This document shows, one piece after another, positions 50,925 through 61,528 of a stretch of 64,000 nt of DNA (position 1 is its first letter; every line of letters begins with the position of its first letter). The position numbers were made by a program, and so were the translations under genes. The stretch comes from Escherichia phage vB_Eco_F25, in the sequence record OP870144.1; one strand, written 5' to 3'. Under the pieces are notes generated by a model. It was not told where the DNA came from, did not search any database, and saw only the letters and a list, made by a program, of their open reading frames with translations.

Positions 50925-53900
50925 ATGGCTACTTTAAAACAAATACAATTTAAAAGAAGCAAAACGGCAGGTCAACGTCCAGCTGCTTCAGTATTAGCCG
51001 AAGGTGAATTGGCTATAAACTTAAAAGACCGTGTACTTTTTACTAAAGATGACCAGGGAAATATTATTGATTTAGGTTTTGCTAAAGGCGGTAGTATTGA
51101 CGGGAATGTTATTCATAAAGGCAATTATAACCAAACTGGAGATTATACTTTAAACGGTACATTCACCCAGACTGGTAATTTTAATTTAACCGGTATTGCT
51201 CGAGTAACTCGTGATATTATTGCTGCTGGGCAGATTATGACTGAAGGCGGAGAACTTATTACAAAAAGTTCAGGTACATCACATGTTCGTTTTCATGATT
51301 CAGCTGACCGTGAACGTGGAATCATTTTTTCTCCTGCTAATGATGGATTAACTACACAAGTAATTAACATCAGAGTTCAAGATTACAAAGCTGGTTCAGA
51401 AAACACTTTCGCTTTTAATGGAAATGGTTTGTTTTCTTCACCAGAAGTTTTTGGGTGGAAATCTGTATCAACTCCGGTAATTTATACCAATAAAGTTATC
51501 ACCAATAAAAAGGTTAAAGATGATTATGACATCTATTCGATGGCAGACAATGTTCCATTATCTGAAAGCACTACTGCTATTAATCATCTTCGTGTTATGC
51601 GTAATGCAGTTGGTTCTGGTATTTTCCATGAAGTTAAAGATAATGATGGAATAACATGGTATAGTGGAGATGGATTAGATGCTTATCTGTGGTCATTTAC
51701 CTGGAGCGGCGGAATTAAATCAAGCCACTCAATTTCTATCGGTTTAACACCCGGACCTAAGGATTACTCAATATTAGGACCGTCTAGTATCGCTTTAGGA
51801 GATAATGATACTGGATTTAAATGGCATCAAGACGGATATTATTTCAGTGTTAATAATGGCACAAAAACGTTTTTATTTAGCCCTAGCGAAACAACTAGCC
51901 TAAGAAAATTTGTAGCTGGGTATTCTACTAATGGAACCGATTTAACTACTCCTCCGACTGAAAACTATGCTCTTGCTACTGTCGTGACATATCACGACAA
52001 TAACGCGTTTGGAGATGGTCAGACTCTTTTAGGATATTATCAAGGCGGTAACTATCATCATTATTTCCGCGGCAAGGGCACTACAAACATTAATACTCAC
52101 GGAGGGTTATTAGTTACTCCTGGTAATATTGATGTTATTGGCGGTTCTGTTAATATCGATGGTAGAAATAATAATTCAACTTTAATGTTTAAAGGCTATA
52201 CCATAGGTCAAAGTTCCGTTGATAATATGTATATAGCTGTTTGGGGAAATACTTTTACTAATCCAAGCGAAGGCACCCGTAAAAATGTCATGGAAATTTC
52301 TGATGATATTGGATGGATGCATTATATTCAACGTAATAAAGATAATACGGTTGAAGCCGTATTAAATGGTCAACAAACAATTAATGAAAATATTATTGCG
52401 AAAAAGGATATTTGGGTTGACCGAGCAGTTCATACCATTGGCGAAATCACTACAAATGCTGTTAATGGTCTTCGTATTTGGAACAATGATTACGGAGTTA
52501 TTTTTAGACGCTCAGAAGAAAGTCTTCATATTATTCCTACAGCATTTGGCGAAGGAGAAACCGGTGATATTGGGCCTTTACGTCCTCTCAGCGTAGCTTT
52601 AAATTCCGGTAAAGTTACTATTCCAGATTTACAGTCAAGTTATAATACGTTCGCTGCAAATGGTTATATTAAATTTGCTGGTCATGGGGCTGGTGCCGGT
52701 GGTTATGATATTCAGTATTCACAAGCTGCTCCTATTTTCCAAGAAATCGATGATGCTGCTGTAAGCAAATATTATCCTATTGTTAAACAGAAGTTTTTAA
52801 ACGGTAAAGCTGTCTGGTCTTTAGGTACTGAAATTAATTCAGGTACATTTGTTTTACATCATCTAAAAGAAGATGGTTCACAAGGCCATACATCAAGATT
52901 TAATGCTGATGGTACAGTTAATTTCCCCGATAACGTTCAAGTCGGCGGCGGTGAAGCTACTATTGCTCGTAATGGTAATATTTTCTCAGATATTTGGAAA
53001 TCGTTTACTTCTGCGGGAGAAACCACAAATATTCGCGATGCAATAGCTACTCGTGTTTCTAAAGAAGGCGACACGATGACTGGTAAATTGACTTTATCAG
53101 CAGGCAATGATGCTCTCGTTTTAACTGCGGGCGAAGGTGCTTCGTCACATATCCGTAGTGATGTAGGTGGTACAAATAACTGGTATATAGGCAAAGGTGG
53201 CGGCGACAACGGTCTAGGTTTTTACAGTTACATTACACAGGGTGGTGTATACATAACAAATAACGGCGAAATATCGCTTTCTCCTCAAGGTCAAGGAACA
53301 TTTAATTTTAATAGAGACCGCCTTCATATAAACGGTACACAATGGGTTGCGCACCAAGCTGGTGATTGGGGAAACCAATGGCGACAAGAAGCGCCGATAT
53401 TTGTAGATTTTGGCAATGTCGGTAATGATAGTTATTACCCGATTATCAAAGGAAAATCTGGTATTACTAATGAAGGATACATATCGGGTGTTGATTTTGG
53501 TATGCGACGCACTACTAACCAATGGGCTCAGGCTATTATCCGTGTTGGTAACCAGGAAAATGGTTCTGACCCACAAGCTATCTATGAATTTCACCACAAT
53601 GGAGTTCTGTATGCTCCTAATATGGTTCAAGCTGGAGCAAGATTATCAGCTGGCGGTGGTGATCCGGTATGGCAAGGCGCATGCGTTGTTATTGGTGATA
53701 ATGATACTGGATTAGTTCATGGCGGTGATGGACGAATTAACATGGTTGCAAATGGAGTGCATATTGCTTCATGGTCTTCATCCCATCATGAACACACTGG
53801 GCTTTGGGCCACCGACGGCGCGTTTTGGACTGAAACCGGAAGAGCTATTATTTCATTTGGACATTTAATTCAACAAAATGACAGCTATTCAACATATGTC

Positions 53901-54254
53901 CGCGATGTTTATGTCCGCTCTGATATTCGTGTTAAAAAGGACCTAGTTAAATTTGAAAATGCTTCACAAACACTTTCAAAAATTAACGGTTACACTTATA
54001 TGCAGAAGCGAGGCCTAGATGAAGAAGGCAATCAGAAATGGGAACCTAACGCCGGTTTGATAGCTCAAGAAGTTCAAGCTATTTTGCCTGAATTAGTTGA
54101 AGGTGACCCTGATGGCGAAGCTTTACTTCGTTTAAACTATAACGGTGTAATTGGTTTAAATACAGCTGCAATCAATGAGCATACTGCAGAAATTGCGGAA
54201 CTTAAATCAGAAATTGAAGAACTTAAAGCATTAGTTAAATCATTGTTAAAATAA
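50925..54254 (+). CDS. 37: Long tail fibre distal subunit gp37 with C-terminal chaperone-like domain
   Basis: 1109-aa ORF after gene 36; C-terminal segment (…[38 protein letters not shown]… followed by coiled coil) resembles intramolecular-chaperone domains of phage fibres. Confidence 0.92.
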   Translation: MATLKQIQFKRSKTAGQRPAASVLAEGELAINLKDRVLFTKDDQGNIIDLGFAKGGSIDGNVIHKGNYNQTGDYTLNGTFTQTGNFNLTGIARVTRDIIAAGQIMTEGGELITKSSGTSHVRFHDSADRERGIIFSPANDGLTTQVINIRVQDYKAGSENTFAFNGNGLFSSPEVFGWKSVSTPVIYTNKVITNKKVKDDYDIYSMADNVPLSESTTAINHLRVMRNAVGSGIFHEVKDNDGITWYSGDGLDAYLWSFTWSGGIKSSHSISIGLTPGPKDYSILGPSSIALGDNDTGFKWHQDGYYFSVNNGTKTFLFSPSETTSLRKFVAGYSTNGTDLTTPPTENYALATVVTYHDNNAFGDGQTLLGYYQGGNYHHYFRGKGTTNINTHGGLLVTPGNIDVIGGSVNIDGRNNNSTLMFKGYTIGQSSVDNMYIAVWGNTFTNPSEGTRKNVMEISDDIGWMHYIQRNKDNTVEAVLNGQQTINENIIAKKDIWVDRAVHTIGEITTNAVNGLRIWNNDYGVIFRRSEESLHIIPTAFGEGETGDIGPLRPLSVALNSGKVTIPDLQSSYNTFAANGYIKFAGHGAGAGGYDIQYSQAAPIFQEIDDAAVSKYYPIVKQKFLNGKAVWSLGTEINSGTFVLHHLKEDGSQGHTSRFNADGTVNFPDNVQVGGGEATIARNGNIFSDIWKSFTSAGETTNIRDAIATRVSKEGDTMTGKLTLSAGNDALVLTAGEGASSHIRSDVGGTNNWYIGKGGGDNGLGFYSYITQGGVYITNNGEISLSPQGQGTFNFNRDRLHINGTQWVAHQAGDWGNQWRQEAPIFVDFGNVGNDSYYPIIKGKSGITNEGYISGVDFGMRRTTNQWAQAIIRVGNQENGSDPQAIYEFHHNGVLYAPNMVQAGARLSAGGGDPVWQGACVVIGDNDTGLVHGGDGRINMVANGVHIASWSSSHHEHTGLWATDGAFWTETGRAIISFGHLIQQNDSYSTYVRDVYVRSDIRVKKDLVKFENASQTLSKINGYTYMQKRGLDEEGNQKWEPNAGLIAQEVQAILPELVEGDPDGEALLRLNYNGVIGLNTAAINEHTAEIAELKSEIEELKALVKSLLK

Positions 54255-54285
54255 TAAGAGGGGCTTCGGCCCCTTGGAGGTTTAT

Positions 54286-55059
54286 ATGGCAGTAGCAGGA
54301 CCGTGGGTAGGATCGTCTGCAGTAGTTAATACAGGACAAAATTGGATGGGTGGTGCCGCGCAGAGATTGAGAATGGGAATTCCGTTTTGGATGAGTAATA
54401 TGATAGGTCGATCTGTTGAAGTAATTCACACACTTGGAGCGGACCATAACTTCAATGGTCAATGGTTCCGAGATAGATGTTTTGAGGCAGGTAGTACACC
54501 TATAGTGTTTAATATCACTGGAGATTTAGTATCATATTCTAGAGACGTTCCTTTATTCTTCATGTACGGAGATACACCGAATGAATATGTTCAACTGAAT
54601 ATACATGGTGTAACGATGTATGGACGTGGCGGTAATGGCGGTAGCAATAGTCCTGGCTCAGCTGGAGGTCATTGTATTCAAAACGATATTGGTGGGAGAC
54701 TAAGAATCAATAATGGCGGAGCTATTGCAGGCGGTGGCGGCGGCGGTGGCGGCGGTAACTACGGTAGACTATCATTTGGTGGTGGTGGTGGTCGCCCATT
54801 CGGTGCTGGCGGGTCTTCCTCTCATATGAGTTCTGGTGCAACTGCTGGCTCCATTTCCGCTCCGGGTGCAGGATCTGCTGGTGAGGGGTCTCTTTGGGTA
54901 TATACAGGCGGGAATGGCGGTGAAGTTGGCTCAGCAGGAGGTAGATGTAATATTCATGGGAACGGTACAGAATATAACGGTGGTGCTGCTGGTTATGCCG
55001 TCATAGGGTCTACACCGACATGGCAAAACGTTGGAGCAATATATGGTCCAAGAGTATAA
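54286..55059 (+). CDS. 38: Receptor-recognising adhesin gp38 (T2-type, glycine-rich motifs)
   Basis: 257-aa protein from ATG 54286 (GGAGG RBS; the track ORF begins at a TTG codon); several poly-Gly motifs ([17 protein letters not shown]) separated by variable segments. Confidence 0.85.
   Translation: MAVAGPWVGSSAVVNTGQNWMGGAAQRLRMGIPFWMSNMIGRSVEVIHTLGADHNFNGQWFRDRCFEAGSTPIVFNITGDLVSYSRDVPLFFMYGDTPNEYVQLNIHGVTMYGRGGNGGSNSPGSAGGHCIQNDIGGRLRINNGGAIAGGGGGGGGGNYGRLSFGGGGGRPFGAGGSSSHMSSGATAGSISAPGAGSAGEGSLWVYTGGNGGEVGSAGGRCNIHGNGTEYNGGAAGYAVIGSTPTWQNVGAIYGPRV
54722..54790 (+). repeat. GGY codon tract encoding the poly-glycine motif of gp38
   Basis: ggcggtggcggcggcggtggcggcggtaac… simple-sequence tract within gene 38. 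Confidence 0.6.
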
Positions 55060-55089
55060 TTTGAATAAATATCCTTAAAAGGAGGGTCT

Positions 55090-55746
55090 ATGGCAGCACC
55101 TAGAATATCATTTTCGCCCTCTGATATTCTGTTGGGTGTTCTAGATCGCTTGTTCAAAGATAACGCTACCGGGAAGGTTCTTGCTTCCCGAGTAGCTGTC
55201 GTAATTCTTTTGTTTATAATGGCGATTGTTTGGTATAGGGGAGATAGTTTCTTTGAGTACTATAAGCAATCAAAGTATGAAACATACAGTGAAATTATTG
55301 AAAAGGAAAGAAATGCACGCTTTGAATCTGTCGCCCTGGAACAACTCCAGATAGTTCATATATCATCTGAGGCAGACTTTAGTGCGGTGTATTCTTTCCG
55401 CCCTAAAAACTTAAACTATTTTGTTGATATTATAGCATATGAAGGAAAATTACCTTCAACAATAAGCGAAAAATCACTTGGAGGATATCCTGTTGATAAA
55501 ACTATGGATGAATATACAGTTCATTTAAATGGACGTCATTATTATTCCAACTCAAAATTTGCTTTTTTACCAACTAAAAAGCCTACTCCCGAAATAAACT
55601 ACATGTACAGTTGTCCATATTTTAATTTGGATAATATCTATGCTGGAACGATAACCATGTACTGGTATAGAAATGATCATATAAGTAATGACCGCCTTGA
55701 ATCAATATGTTCTCAGGCGGCCAGAATATTAGGAAGGGCTAAATAA
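55090..55746 (+). CDS. t: Holin T
   Basis: 218-aa ORF (T4 holin length); N-terminal TM helix (VAVVILLFIMAIVWY) with large periplasmic C-terminal domain; recognised sequence. Confidence 0.93.
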   Translation: MAAPRISFSPSDILLGVLDRLFKDNATGKVLASRVAVVILLFIMAIVWYRGDSFFEYYKQSKYETYSEIIEKERNARFESVALEQLQIVHISSEADFSAVYSFRPKNLNYFVDIIAYEGKLPSTISEKSLGGYPVDKTMDEYTVHLNGRHYYSNSKFAFLPTKKPTPEINYMYSCPYFNLDNIYAGTITMYWYRNDHISNDRLESICSQAARILGRAK

Positions 55747-56019
55747 TTATTTGTTTGTATACATCTCTAGATATCGATATACACCCTCAAAACCCTCGTT
55801 GAATTCGTCGATGAGGGTTTTCTTATCTTCTTGAGTTAATTCAGAAACAATTTTACGGAATGAATTCTGATTTAACTTTCTACCTTCATGCGTTACTCCA
55901 ATCTCATTCAGAAATGCAATAAAATTAGCACGATTCTCAACAATATCTTCTCTGGAAAATTTAATCAAAATAGATGCAACAGTAATAATTTCACGAACTG
56001 TATCAATGTTTTTATTCAT
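55747..56019 (-). CDS. asiA: Anti-sigma-70 factor AsiA
   Basis: 90-aa ORF; sequence MNKNIDTVREIITVASILIKFSREDIVENRANFIAFLNEIGVTHEGRKL… recognised as T4 AsiA. Confidence 0.93.
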   Translation of the reverse strand: MNKNIDTVREIITVASILIKFSREDIVENRANFIAFLNEIGVTHEGRKLNQNSFRKIVSELTQEDKKTLIDEFNEGFEGVYRYLEMYTNK

Positions 56020-56028
56020 TAACTACAC

Positions 56029-56184
56029 CACTCAATTAGTTGACTTTATTATAATATCATCAGACGCTTGATTTGTAAACTGGTCTGTGTTATTTTCTTC
56101 AAAAATTTTTTCTACGAATTCCTTGAACGACTCACGTTCCTGAGCTACATTATGCTCGATTACCTTTTCAAGATTATGACTCAT
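56029..56184 (-). CDS. Small acidic ORF (51 aa), translationally coupled to arn
   Basis: Manual translation MSHNLEKVIEHNVAQERESFKEFVEKIFEENNTDQFTNQASDDIIIKSTN; its ATG overlaps the arn stop (ATGA). Confidence 0.35.
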
Positions 56185-56459
56185 TCAAAATAATCTTCAA
56201 TTTCGTAATCATGGATATAAATCATTATAGTTTTTAATACATCATCAATACTTTTTCCTGGAGCTGGAATTACGTAAAAATATCCCGCCTTTGAGTTATC
56301 TTTATAAGTTCCAACCAAGAAATCATTATTTTCAAGATGTAGTTCTTCAACTAATTCATCGACAATTGAGTGGTATAAATTTGGTAGAAACTTATATAGC
56401 TTTTCTAGAATGTCAATTTTGATTGTATATTGAACCACAGATTGAGAATCAATAATCAT
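56181..56459 (-). CDS. arn: Arn anti-restriction protein (McrBC inhibitor)
   Basis: 92-aa acidic ORF (T4 Arn length) in the asiA-motA interval. Confidence 0.8.
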   Translation of the reverse strand: MIIDSQSVVQYTIKIDILEKLYKFLPNLYHSIVDELVEELHLENNDFLVGTYKDNSKAGYFYVIPAPGKSIDDVLKTIMIYIHDYEIEDYFE

Positions 56460-56542
56460 AGACCTTCCCCTTATGTTTCTGTTTGCGATTAGATTCTTTA
56501 AACGCTTTCTTCTTATCTTTATGAACAGAAGCTTTATTAAAA

Positions 56543-56761
56543 TTATGTTTTGCGACTAAATTGTTCATAGTGCTGAATTACCTCTCTTAAACATTTGCAT
56601 GTGAATGAAAACTTTTTAGCTACACCACATTCAAATATATGTTCTCTTAAATCACGTGTGTCAGTATATCCCATCTTAACAATAAAATACCGTATTAAAT
56701 TTTTATCTTTATCATTGAGAGAATTAAAATAGTCAGATTTTGAATTAATTTCCCTGGCCAA
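56543..56761 (-). CDS. Hypothetical protein (T4 arn.1 position)
   Basis: 72-aa ORF. Confidence 0.5.
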   Translation of the reverse strand: MAREINSKSDYFNSLNDKDKNLIRYFIVKMGYTDTRDLREHIFECGVAKKFSFTCKCLREVIQHYEQFSRKT

Positions 56762-57041
56762 ATTGAATCACCTTCAGTTGGCGTTTTAGCTCTTTTATCA
56801 TCTCTTCATTCATCGCAATATAAAGATCGCGTAAAGCAGGTTTTAGCATTCCATTTACTGGAGAACTAAATGGACATACATAATCTTTTCCTACAAGCTT
56901 TTTAGTGAATTCCATATCACAGAACTTAAATCCCGGCTCATTGGTATAAATTCCCCAATTAGTTGACATCATTTTATTAGCATATTCCAGTGCCTGAATT
57001 TGATTCATAATTCCATCAATTTGAAACTTTTTAATATTCAT
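56745..57041 (-). CDS. Hypothetical protein (T4 arn.2 position)
   Basis: 98-aa ORF overlapping neighbours. Confidence 0.55.
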   Translation of the reverse strand: MNIKKFQIDGIMNQIQALEYANKMMSTNWGIYTNEPGFKFCDMEFTKKLVGKDYVCPFSSPVNGMLKPALRDLYIAMNEEMIKELKRQLKVIQFGQGN

Positions 57042-57502
57042 TAGTAAAGGTCCTCAGAGTAAAGTTCTTTTTCACTACCACCACGTTCAATACGTACTTG
57101 TCCAGCGTAAGTTGCAATAATCATTGCTTCTTCACGTGTCCAATAATTACTATATTGGTCAATAAACCCTTGGTCATCATCACAAACTTGTTGAGTAACT
57201 AATTGAGGTTTAACTACATCTAAAACTTCTGCCATATCTTTAGAATAATGACGAGCACCTGGAATAATAAGAGTTCGTCCATCTTTTAATTTAAAACGAT
57301 TAGCTGCACAGACAATTCGTCGTTGATACTTTTGGTTTTCATCCCAGTACGCAGTCTGCCAACAGATTTCAGGAACTTCATCTAAAACATTTTGTTCTGT
57401 ATATTCACCACCGTAAGAAGCTAATTTAGCAGCCAGACTTTCCGGAGTCTCACGAGATAAAGCTTTATCTAACAGAGCTAAACGTTCTTTAAAAGTTTTC
57501 AT
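57041..57502 (-). CDS. Hypothetical protein (T4 arn.3 position)
   Basis: 153-aa ORF. Confidence 0.6.
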   Translation of the reverse strand: MKTFKERLALLDKALSRETPESLAAKLASYGGEYTEQNVLDEVPEICWQTAYWDENQKYQRRIVCAANRFKLKDGRTLIIPGARHYSKDMAEVLDVVKPQLVTQQVCDDDQGFIDQYSNYWTREEAMIIATYAGQVRIERGGSEKELYSEDLY

Positions 57503-57828
57503 TTAAACCATCCTTTAATACGTTGCCACAAAGTTTTCTGTTGAGCTTTGTTAACACCAATTGAGCGAATAACCGGTTGAGATTCCTGGAATTCTTTATA
57601 ATCAGCAAGGTAAATTTCGTAAGCTGCATCCGTAAATGAACTTATCGCTGCCATAAAATTATTGCGAATACCTACCGGAGCATCTTTACTTTCACGAATA
57701 ATCATGTATTTACCAGTCTTAATCTTTACAATAGTTCCAAGATAAGCTCCATGGTACCAAATATCCCAACCCTCTTGAGTAGGTTCTGCGCAACGACGAA
57801 GTTCATTGACAATTTCTAACTTGTTCAT
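57499..57828 (-). CDS. Hypothetical protein (T4 arn.4 position)
   Basis: 109-aa ORF, 4-nt overlap. Confidence 0.6.
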   Translation of the reverse strand: MNKLEIVNELRRCAEPTQEGWDIWYHGAYLGTIVKIKTGKYMIIRESKDAPVGIRNNFMAAISSFTDAAYEIYLADYKEFQESQPVIRSIGVNKAQQKTLWQRIKGWFK

Positions 57829-57838
57829 TATTTATTCC

Positions 57839-58474
57839 TCACAGTTCAGATGCTACAGTGATTACTGCTTCAATGTTTTCTGCCGAGCGTTTAATGTCAA
57901 GATACACATTACCGTTTTTAGCGATTTTACATGACATTCCGATATCAGTGAATTTCTGAATATGGTGTTCCATCATTTTGTATCCAAAAATTCGCATATT
58001 TCCATTGTTGTTAATTTCAAAATTACGAATTCCGTGAGTGCGTTTTTCTAAAATAGCGAGATAGTTACTGCGATAAGTTTCAACCTTTTTAAGAACAAAT
58101 CCATTTTCATCTAAAAGTTTTAACATGAAGTCTTTATCTTCTTCCATATCGGAAGTAATCTCGCGAGCTTTACGAGTTGCTCGTTTTTTCAGCAGTTCCG
58201 GAGCATTTTCTTGTGCGTATAAAGTTGCTGCATTTGAAATAATATCCTGAGCTTCACCAGTAATGATTAATCCATCACCAGATTTCTCCACCAGGCCTTT
58301 TTTAATCAATACCCCAATATTACTATTAACTACTGCGTTACCTAAATCTGGATGCACCTCACGAACTTCTGCAGCTGTAATGAAATCTTTCTTAGCAATA
58401 GTAATTAAAATCGCGGCAGTTTTTTCATTCAGAACATCGTTAGAAGCTTTGATGATGTAAGTTACTTTAGACAT
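57839..58474 (-). CDS. motA: MotA middle-transcription activator
   Basis: 211-aa ORF; sequence MSKVTYIIKASNDVLNEKTAAILITIAKKDFITAAEVREVHPDLGNAVV… recognised; early promoter at 58516-58545. Confidence 0.95.
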   Translation of the reverse strand: MSKVTYIIKASNDVLNEKTAAILITIAKKDFITAAEVREVHPDLGNAVVNSNIGVLIKKGLVEKSGDGLIITGEAQDIISNAATLYAQENAPELLKKRATRKAREITSDMEEDKDFMLKLLDENGFVLKKVETYRSNYLAILEKRTHGIRNFEINNNGNMRIFGYKMMEHHIQKFTDIGMSCKIAKNGNVYLDIKRSAENIEAVITVASEL

Positions 58475-58515
58475 TTTCTAATCTCCGTAATTCTGTATCA
58501 GTAGTTGATAGTTGT

Positions 58516-58545
58516 ATAGTACCACAGTATGCTTTGGTTGTAAAC
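58516..58545 (-). promoter_or_regulatory. Early promoter for motA
   Basis: Minus strand GTTTACA-17-TACTAT, 42 nt upstream of the motA ATG, with A/T-rich upstream element. Confidence 0.6.
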
Positions 58546-58560
58546 CGTTTTGTGAAAAAA

Positions 58561-58596
58561 TTTTTGAAATAAAAAAGGGAGAGCCTCGGCTCTCCC
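58561..58596 (-). terminator. Terminator downstream of the motA.1-position ORF
   Basis: Hairpin GGGAGAGCC-TC-GGCTCTCCC followed on the minus strand by a U-run. Confidence 0.6.
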
Positions 58597-58601
58597 TAAA
58601 A

Positions 58602-58751
58602 TTACTGCATGACTGTGATAACTGTCATGATAACACGTTGAATTCCGAACGCAAGAAGACCTCCTGCTACGGCTGGAACAACGCCTAAACCCGCCAGTAA
58701 AATGCTACCAGATACTAATGCAGCGCTTGTAATACCAATGAATGGACTCAT
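58602..58751 (-). CDS. Small hydrophobic membrane protein (T4 motA.1 position)
   Basis: 49-aa ORF by manual translation (MSPFIGITSAALVSGSILLAGLGVVPAVAGGLLAFGIQRVIMTVITVMQ); start overlaps gene 52 stop; terminator downstream. Confidence 0.5.
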   Translation of the reverse strand: MSPFIGITSAALVSGSILLAGLGVVPAVAGGLLAFGIQRVIMTVITVMQ

Positions 58752-60076
58752 TTGATTTCCTCTAAATCTTTAGTGTATTCAGTAACTACATCAGTAGTTT
58801 TCCAATATTCATTTTCTTCTTTTTTAGCTTTAGCTTCTTCAGCAAGTTTCTTTGCTTCATCGGAAGTCATATGAAAAATATTCATTCCAACTAGTTTATC
58901 AACATAAGAAGAATACATATCGATTTTCGAAAGTTCTTCGGTCAGTTCTTTGCGAGTTTTACCCTGTACAACGATTTCACCTGAAATTACTTTCTTAATG
59001 AAATGTGCCTTGGCAAAGGCTAAACGAAAAGCTGATTCAGTTTCTTTAATTTTGTTATCAATTCGTTTTTGGACATAAGTTTTACGAACTTCAACGAAGT
59101 CTTTAATTAAATCAACTACGTTATCGTAAACTTGCAGCTTTCCTTTCTCATTAATGACTGTAATATTTTGGGAACGACGCTCAATCAACCCGAAGTCTTT
59201 CATGATTTTTGCATGGCGTTCTTCTTCGTTATCACTCAAAGCGTATTCTTTGCGGAATTTAACTTTAAAGCCAAAGCCATGCTCACCACAAGCATCATCC
59301 CACGTAATGAAGCCTTTATCTTCAAGTGGGTCTAAGATTTTACTCACATAAGTTTCACGATCATACTTATACGGAATCTCAGTGATATGCATTTGAGTTC
59401 GTGAAGTAAACTTATATGTTCCACGAATTTCATATTGCCCATCAATTTCAGCGACTTCACCACGAAATTCTGGGAATTCTACCTTCGGTTTAGTTATTTT
59501 CTTTCCTTGAAGAGCTTGCAGTACAGCTTTCTTAACAGAAGAAACACTATGAGGAAGAATGTAAGTTGCATAACCAGTTGCAATACCGGAAACGCCATTA
59601 AGAAGAACAGTAGGAATAATAGGCAAATAGAAAGCAGGCGGAATGTGTTCTTTATCTTGATGTACCGGAGCATATTCAGTATCTTTATATACGTTATAGA
59701 AATTTTTACTTACACGAGCAAAAATATAACGACTTGCCGCTGCTTTTTGAACAGTACGAGAACCAAAGTTTCCTTGACCATCTAACAGAGGAAAGTTATT
59801 ATTCCAAGTGTTAGCCATCAAAGCACCTGCGTCTTGTGCAGAGTTTTCGCCATGGTGATATCCAAGGTCCGCTACACCACCTGCGATAGAAGCGAGCTTA
59901 TGAAACTTATCTTTATTTCCTCGTGCCAAATCAAGAGCTCGAGCAATAACAAATCGTTGAACTGGCTTAAATCCATCAATCATATTTGGAATAGCACGAT
60001 TTTCAACCGTGTACATAGCATAAGCCAATGCTTCATTATCAATGATACTTTTTAAATCGCGATTATTCAGTTGCAT
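58748..60076 (-). CDS. 52: DNA topoisomerase II medium subunit gp52
   Basis: 442-aa ORF (T4 gp52 length); GyrA-like N-terminus with active-site region; recognised sequence. Confidence 0.95.
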   Translation of the reverse strand: MQLNNRDLKSIIDNEALAYAMYTVENRAIPNMIDGFKPVQRFVIARALDLARGNKDKFHKLASIAGGVADLGYHHGENSAQDAGALMANTWNNNFPLLDGQGNFGSRTVQKAAASRYIFARVSKNFYNVYKDTEYAPVHQDKEHIPPAFYLPIIPTVLLNGVSGIATGYATYILPHSVSSVKKAVLQALQGKKITKPKVEFPEFRGEVAEIDGQYEIRGTYKFTSRTQMHITEIPYKYDRETYVSKILDPLEDKGFITWDDACGEHGFGFKVKFRKEYALSDNEEERHAKIMKDFGLIERRSQNITVINEKGKLQVYDNVVDLIKDFVEVRKTYVQKRIDNKIKETESAFRLAFAKAHFIKKVISGEIVVQGKTRKELTEELSKIDMYSSYVDKLVGMNIFHMTSDEAKKLAEEAKAKKEENEYWKTTDVVTEYTKDLEEIK

Positions 60077-60080
60077 AAAT

Positions 60081-60221
60081 TTACCATACTAGTGAATGTA
60101 GTGCCATAATAACATCAGAAATGAAAAGCACGACTTGAATTAATCCGAACATTACTCCATAATATAGTGCTACTAATAAAGTAGCAAGGGCTAATGAATA
60201 GCCCAAGATTTTCTTAATCAT
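60081..60221 (-). CDS. Small hydrophobic membrane peptide (46 aa; T4 52.1 position)
   Basis: Manual translation MIKKILGYSLALATLLVALYYGVMFGLIQVVLFISDVIMALHSLVW; ATG overlaps the stop of the upstream peptide. Confidence 0.45.
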   Translation of the reverse strand: MIKKILGYSLALATLLVALYYGVMFGLIQVVLFISDVIMALHSLVW

Positions 60222-60372
60222 TAGTAGATAACAACACAAATGTTAAATATGCACACATACCCTGAGCTAAAGCTTGCGAAAACACACTGCTGGCATCAAT
60301 ACAGATAGTTAAAACACATGCTACTATCCAACAAATAAATGAAATAACTCCTAATAATTTTGCAATATTCAT
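60214..60372 (-). CDS. Small hydrophobic membrane peptide (52 aa; candidate ac)
   Basis: Manual translation MNIAKLLGVISFICWIVACVLTICIDASSVFSQALAQGMCAYLTFVLLSTND; GAGGAAAAT RBS; sits where T4 ac lies, between stp and gene 52. Confidence 0.5.
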   Translation of the reverse strand: MNIAKLLGVISFICWIVACVLTICIDASSVFSQALAQGMCAYLTFVLLSTND

Positions 60373-60379
60373 ATTTTCC

Positions 60380-60460
60380 TCACTGGCGTCTTCGGACGCC
60401 TTTGGTTTTAAGATTGTTACGATAGAACTGCATCACGTGTTCGTTGTGGAAATTACTCAT
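60380..60460 (-). CDS. stp: Stp peptide (modulator of the host PrrC/EcoprrI system)
   Basis: 26-aa [29 protein letters not shown]; first 22 residues match T4 Stp as I recall it; ATG overlaps the ndd stop. Confidence 0.85.
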   Translation of the reverse strand: MSNFHNEHVMQFYRNNLKTKGVRRRQ

Positions 60461-60918
60461 TAATATGCCTGTAAAACAAATTTAAAGTTATCAGCCAACA
60501 TACGGTTCATTTCTTCAAGTGTTTGATACTCAGAATGATGATTACGAGTAAACGCCAAAGCTAACTGACCTTTTCCAAATCCCGTCGTTAGAGGTTTCAT
60601 CTTAGAAGCAGGCAGATAAAACACTGTGTATGGAACATTGTTATTTGCAATAGTACGCGCAAGTTGAGACCGGCATTGACGAATATGACTTAAAACCGCA
60701 CTGAATCCTTGCTTAGAACGCTGATTACCTACATAAAATCGTGCAGACACACATGGATTACTAAATGGACGACCATCTAATTTACTTACTAAAAAGTAAA
60801 ATCCAGGTTTAGATAAAATATCTTTATGCGGAGTTCCTAAAAACCATTCACCACCCTTGATTGTACCAATAACAGTTGCGCCTGCATTGTTCAGATCAGT
60901 AACAGTCATGTATTTCAT
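60460..60918 (-). CDS. ndd: Ndd nucleoid disruption protein
   Basis: 151-aa protein from ATG 60918 ([26 protein letters not shown]…) with AGGAA RBS; the track ORF is N-terminally extended. Confidence 0.9.
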   Translation of the reverse strand: MKYMTVTDLNNAGATVIGTIKGGEWFLGTPHKDILSKPGFYFLVSKLDGRPFSNPCVSARFYVGNQRSKQGFSAVLSHIRQCRSQLARTIANNNVPYTVFYLPASKMKPLTTGFGKGQLALAFTRNHHSEYQTLEEMNRMLADNFKFVLQAY

Positions 60919-60978
60919 ATTAATTTCCTCTAAATTATTTTCTACTCCAAGGCCGCATGAATACACACGGCCATTAAA

Positions 60979-61194
60979 TTAATCGTCGCAGTCGACGCTC
61001 AATTCCCAGAATTCTTCTACGGTATAAGTTTCAGTATCATTTTCAATACAGAAACGTTCATTACTGTTATTTGCTAAAGTAGCATTAACTGTCGGTTTCT
61101 CGCTAGTGCTCTTAAGAGGTGAAATACGAATTAACTGATCACCGTTATCTAAACAGAAAATTTCACCAACTTTTACATCTTTAAAACTTTTCAT
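60979..61194 (-). CDS. Hypothetical protein (T4 ndd.1 position)
   Basis: 71-aa ORF. Confidence 0.5.
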   Translation of the reverse strand: MKSFKDVKVGEIFCLDNGDQLIRISPLKSTSEKPTVNATLANNSNERFCIENDTETYTVEEFWELSVDCDD

Positions 61195-61309
61195 AATTCA
61201 CCTCAAGGAGTATAAAATCCGAATGCAGTTGTTGACCATCCCATCCAATATGGAAAATTTGCACCAATGTAAAACATAAGAATATAAAACCAACCGCTCA
61301 ACAAATTCA

Positions 61310-61528
61310 TCATTTTACACCATTCCAAATTGTTTCAACCACAGATTTTAAACCATTTTGATGAATATCAATTCCGACTACTGTCATCAAATAGATTCCA
61401 ACTACAACTGAACCTAAGGCAAAAATCAGCATAAAAATGAATAAAGCCGGAAAAATATTATCGAAAAACCATTCAATAAATGTAAAAGCACTGCGTTTAC
61501 GCTTCATATTTTCCTCACATAAATCCAA
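61310..61528 (-). CDS. Hypothetical small membrane protein
   Basis: 72-aa ORF with two hydrophobic segments (FPALFIFMLIFALGSVVVGIYLMTVVGI). Confidence 0.45.
   Translation of the reverse strand: MDLCEENMKRKRSAFTFIEWFFDNIFPALFIFMLIFALGSVVVGIYLMTVVGIDIHQNGLKSVVETIWNGVK

Noticed and set aside
52937-53715. Several track ORFs on both strands inside gene 37
   Set aside because: Alternative frames within a long, well-supported structural gene; no independent expression signals
54274-54285. TTG start proposed by the ORF track for gene 38 (and 8738 for uvsW.1)
   Set aside because: A downstream ATG with a properly spaced GGAGG/GGAG Shine-Dalgarno gives the expected protein length; the TTG start was not adopted
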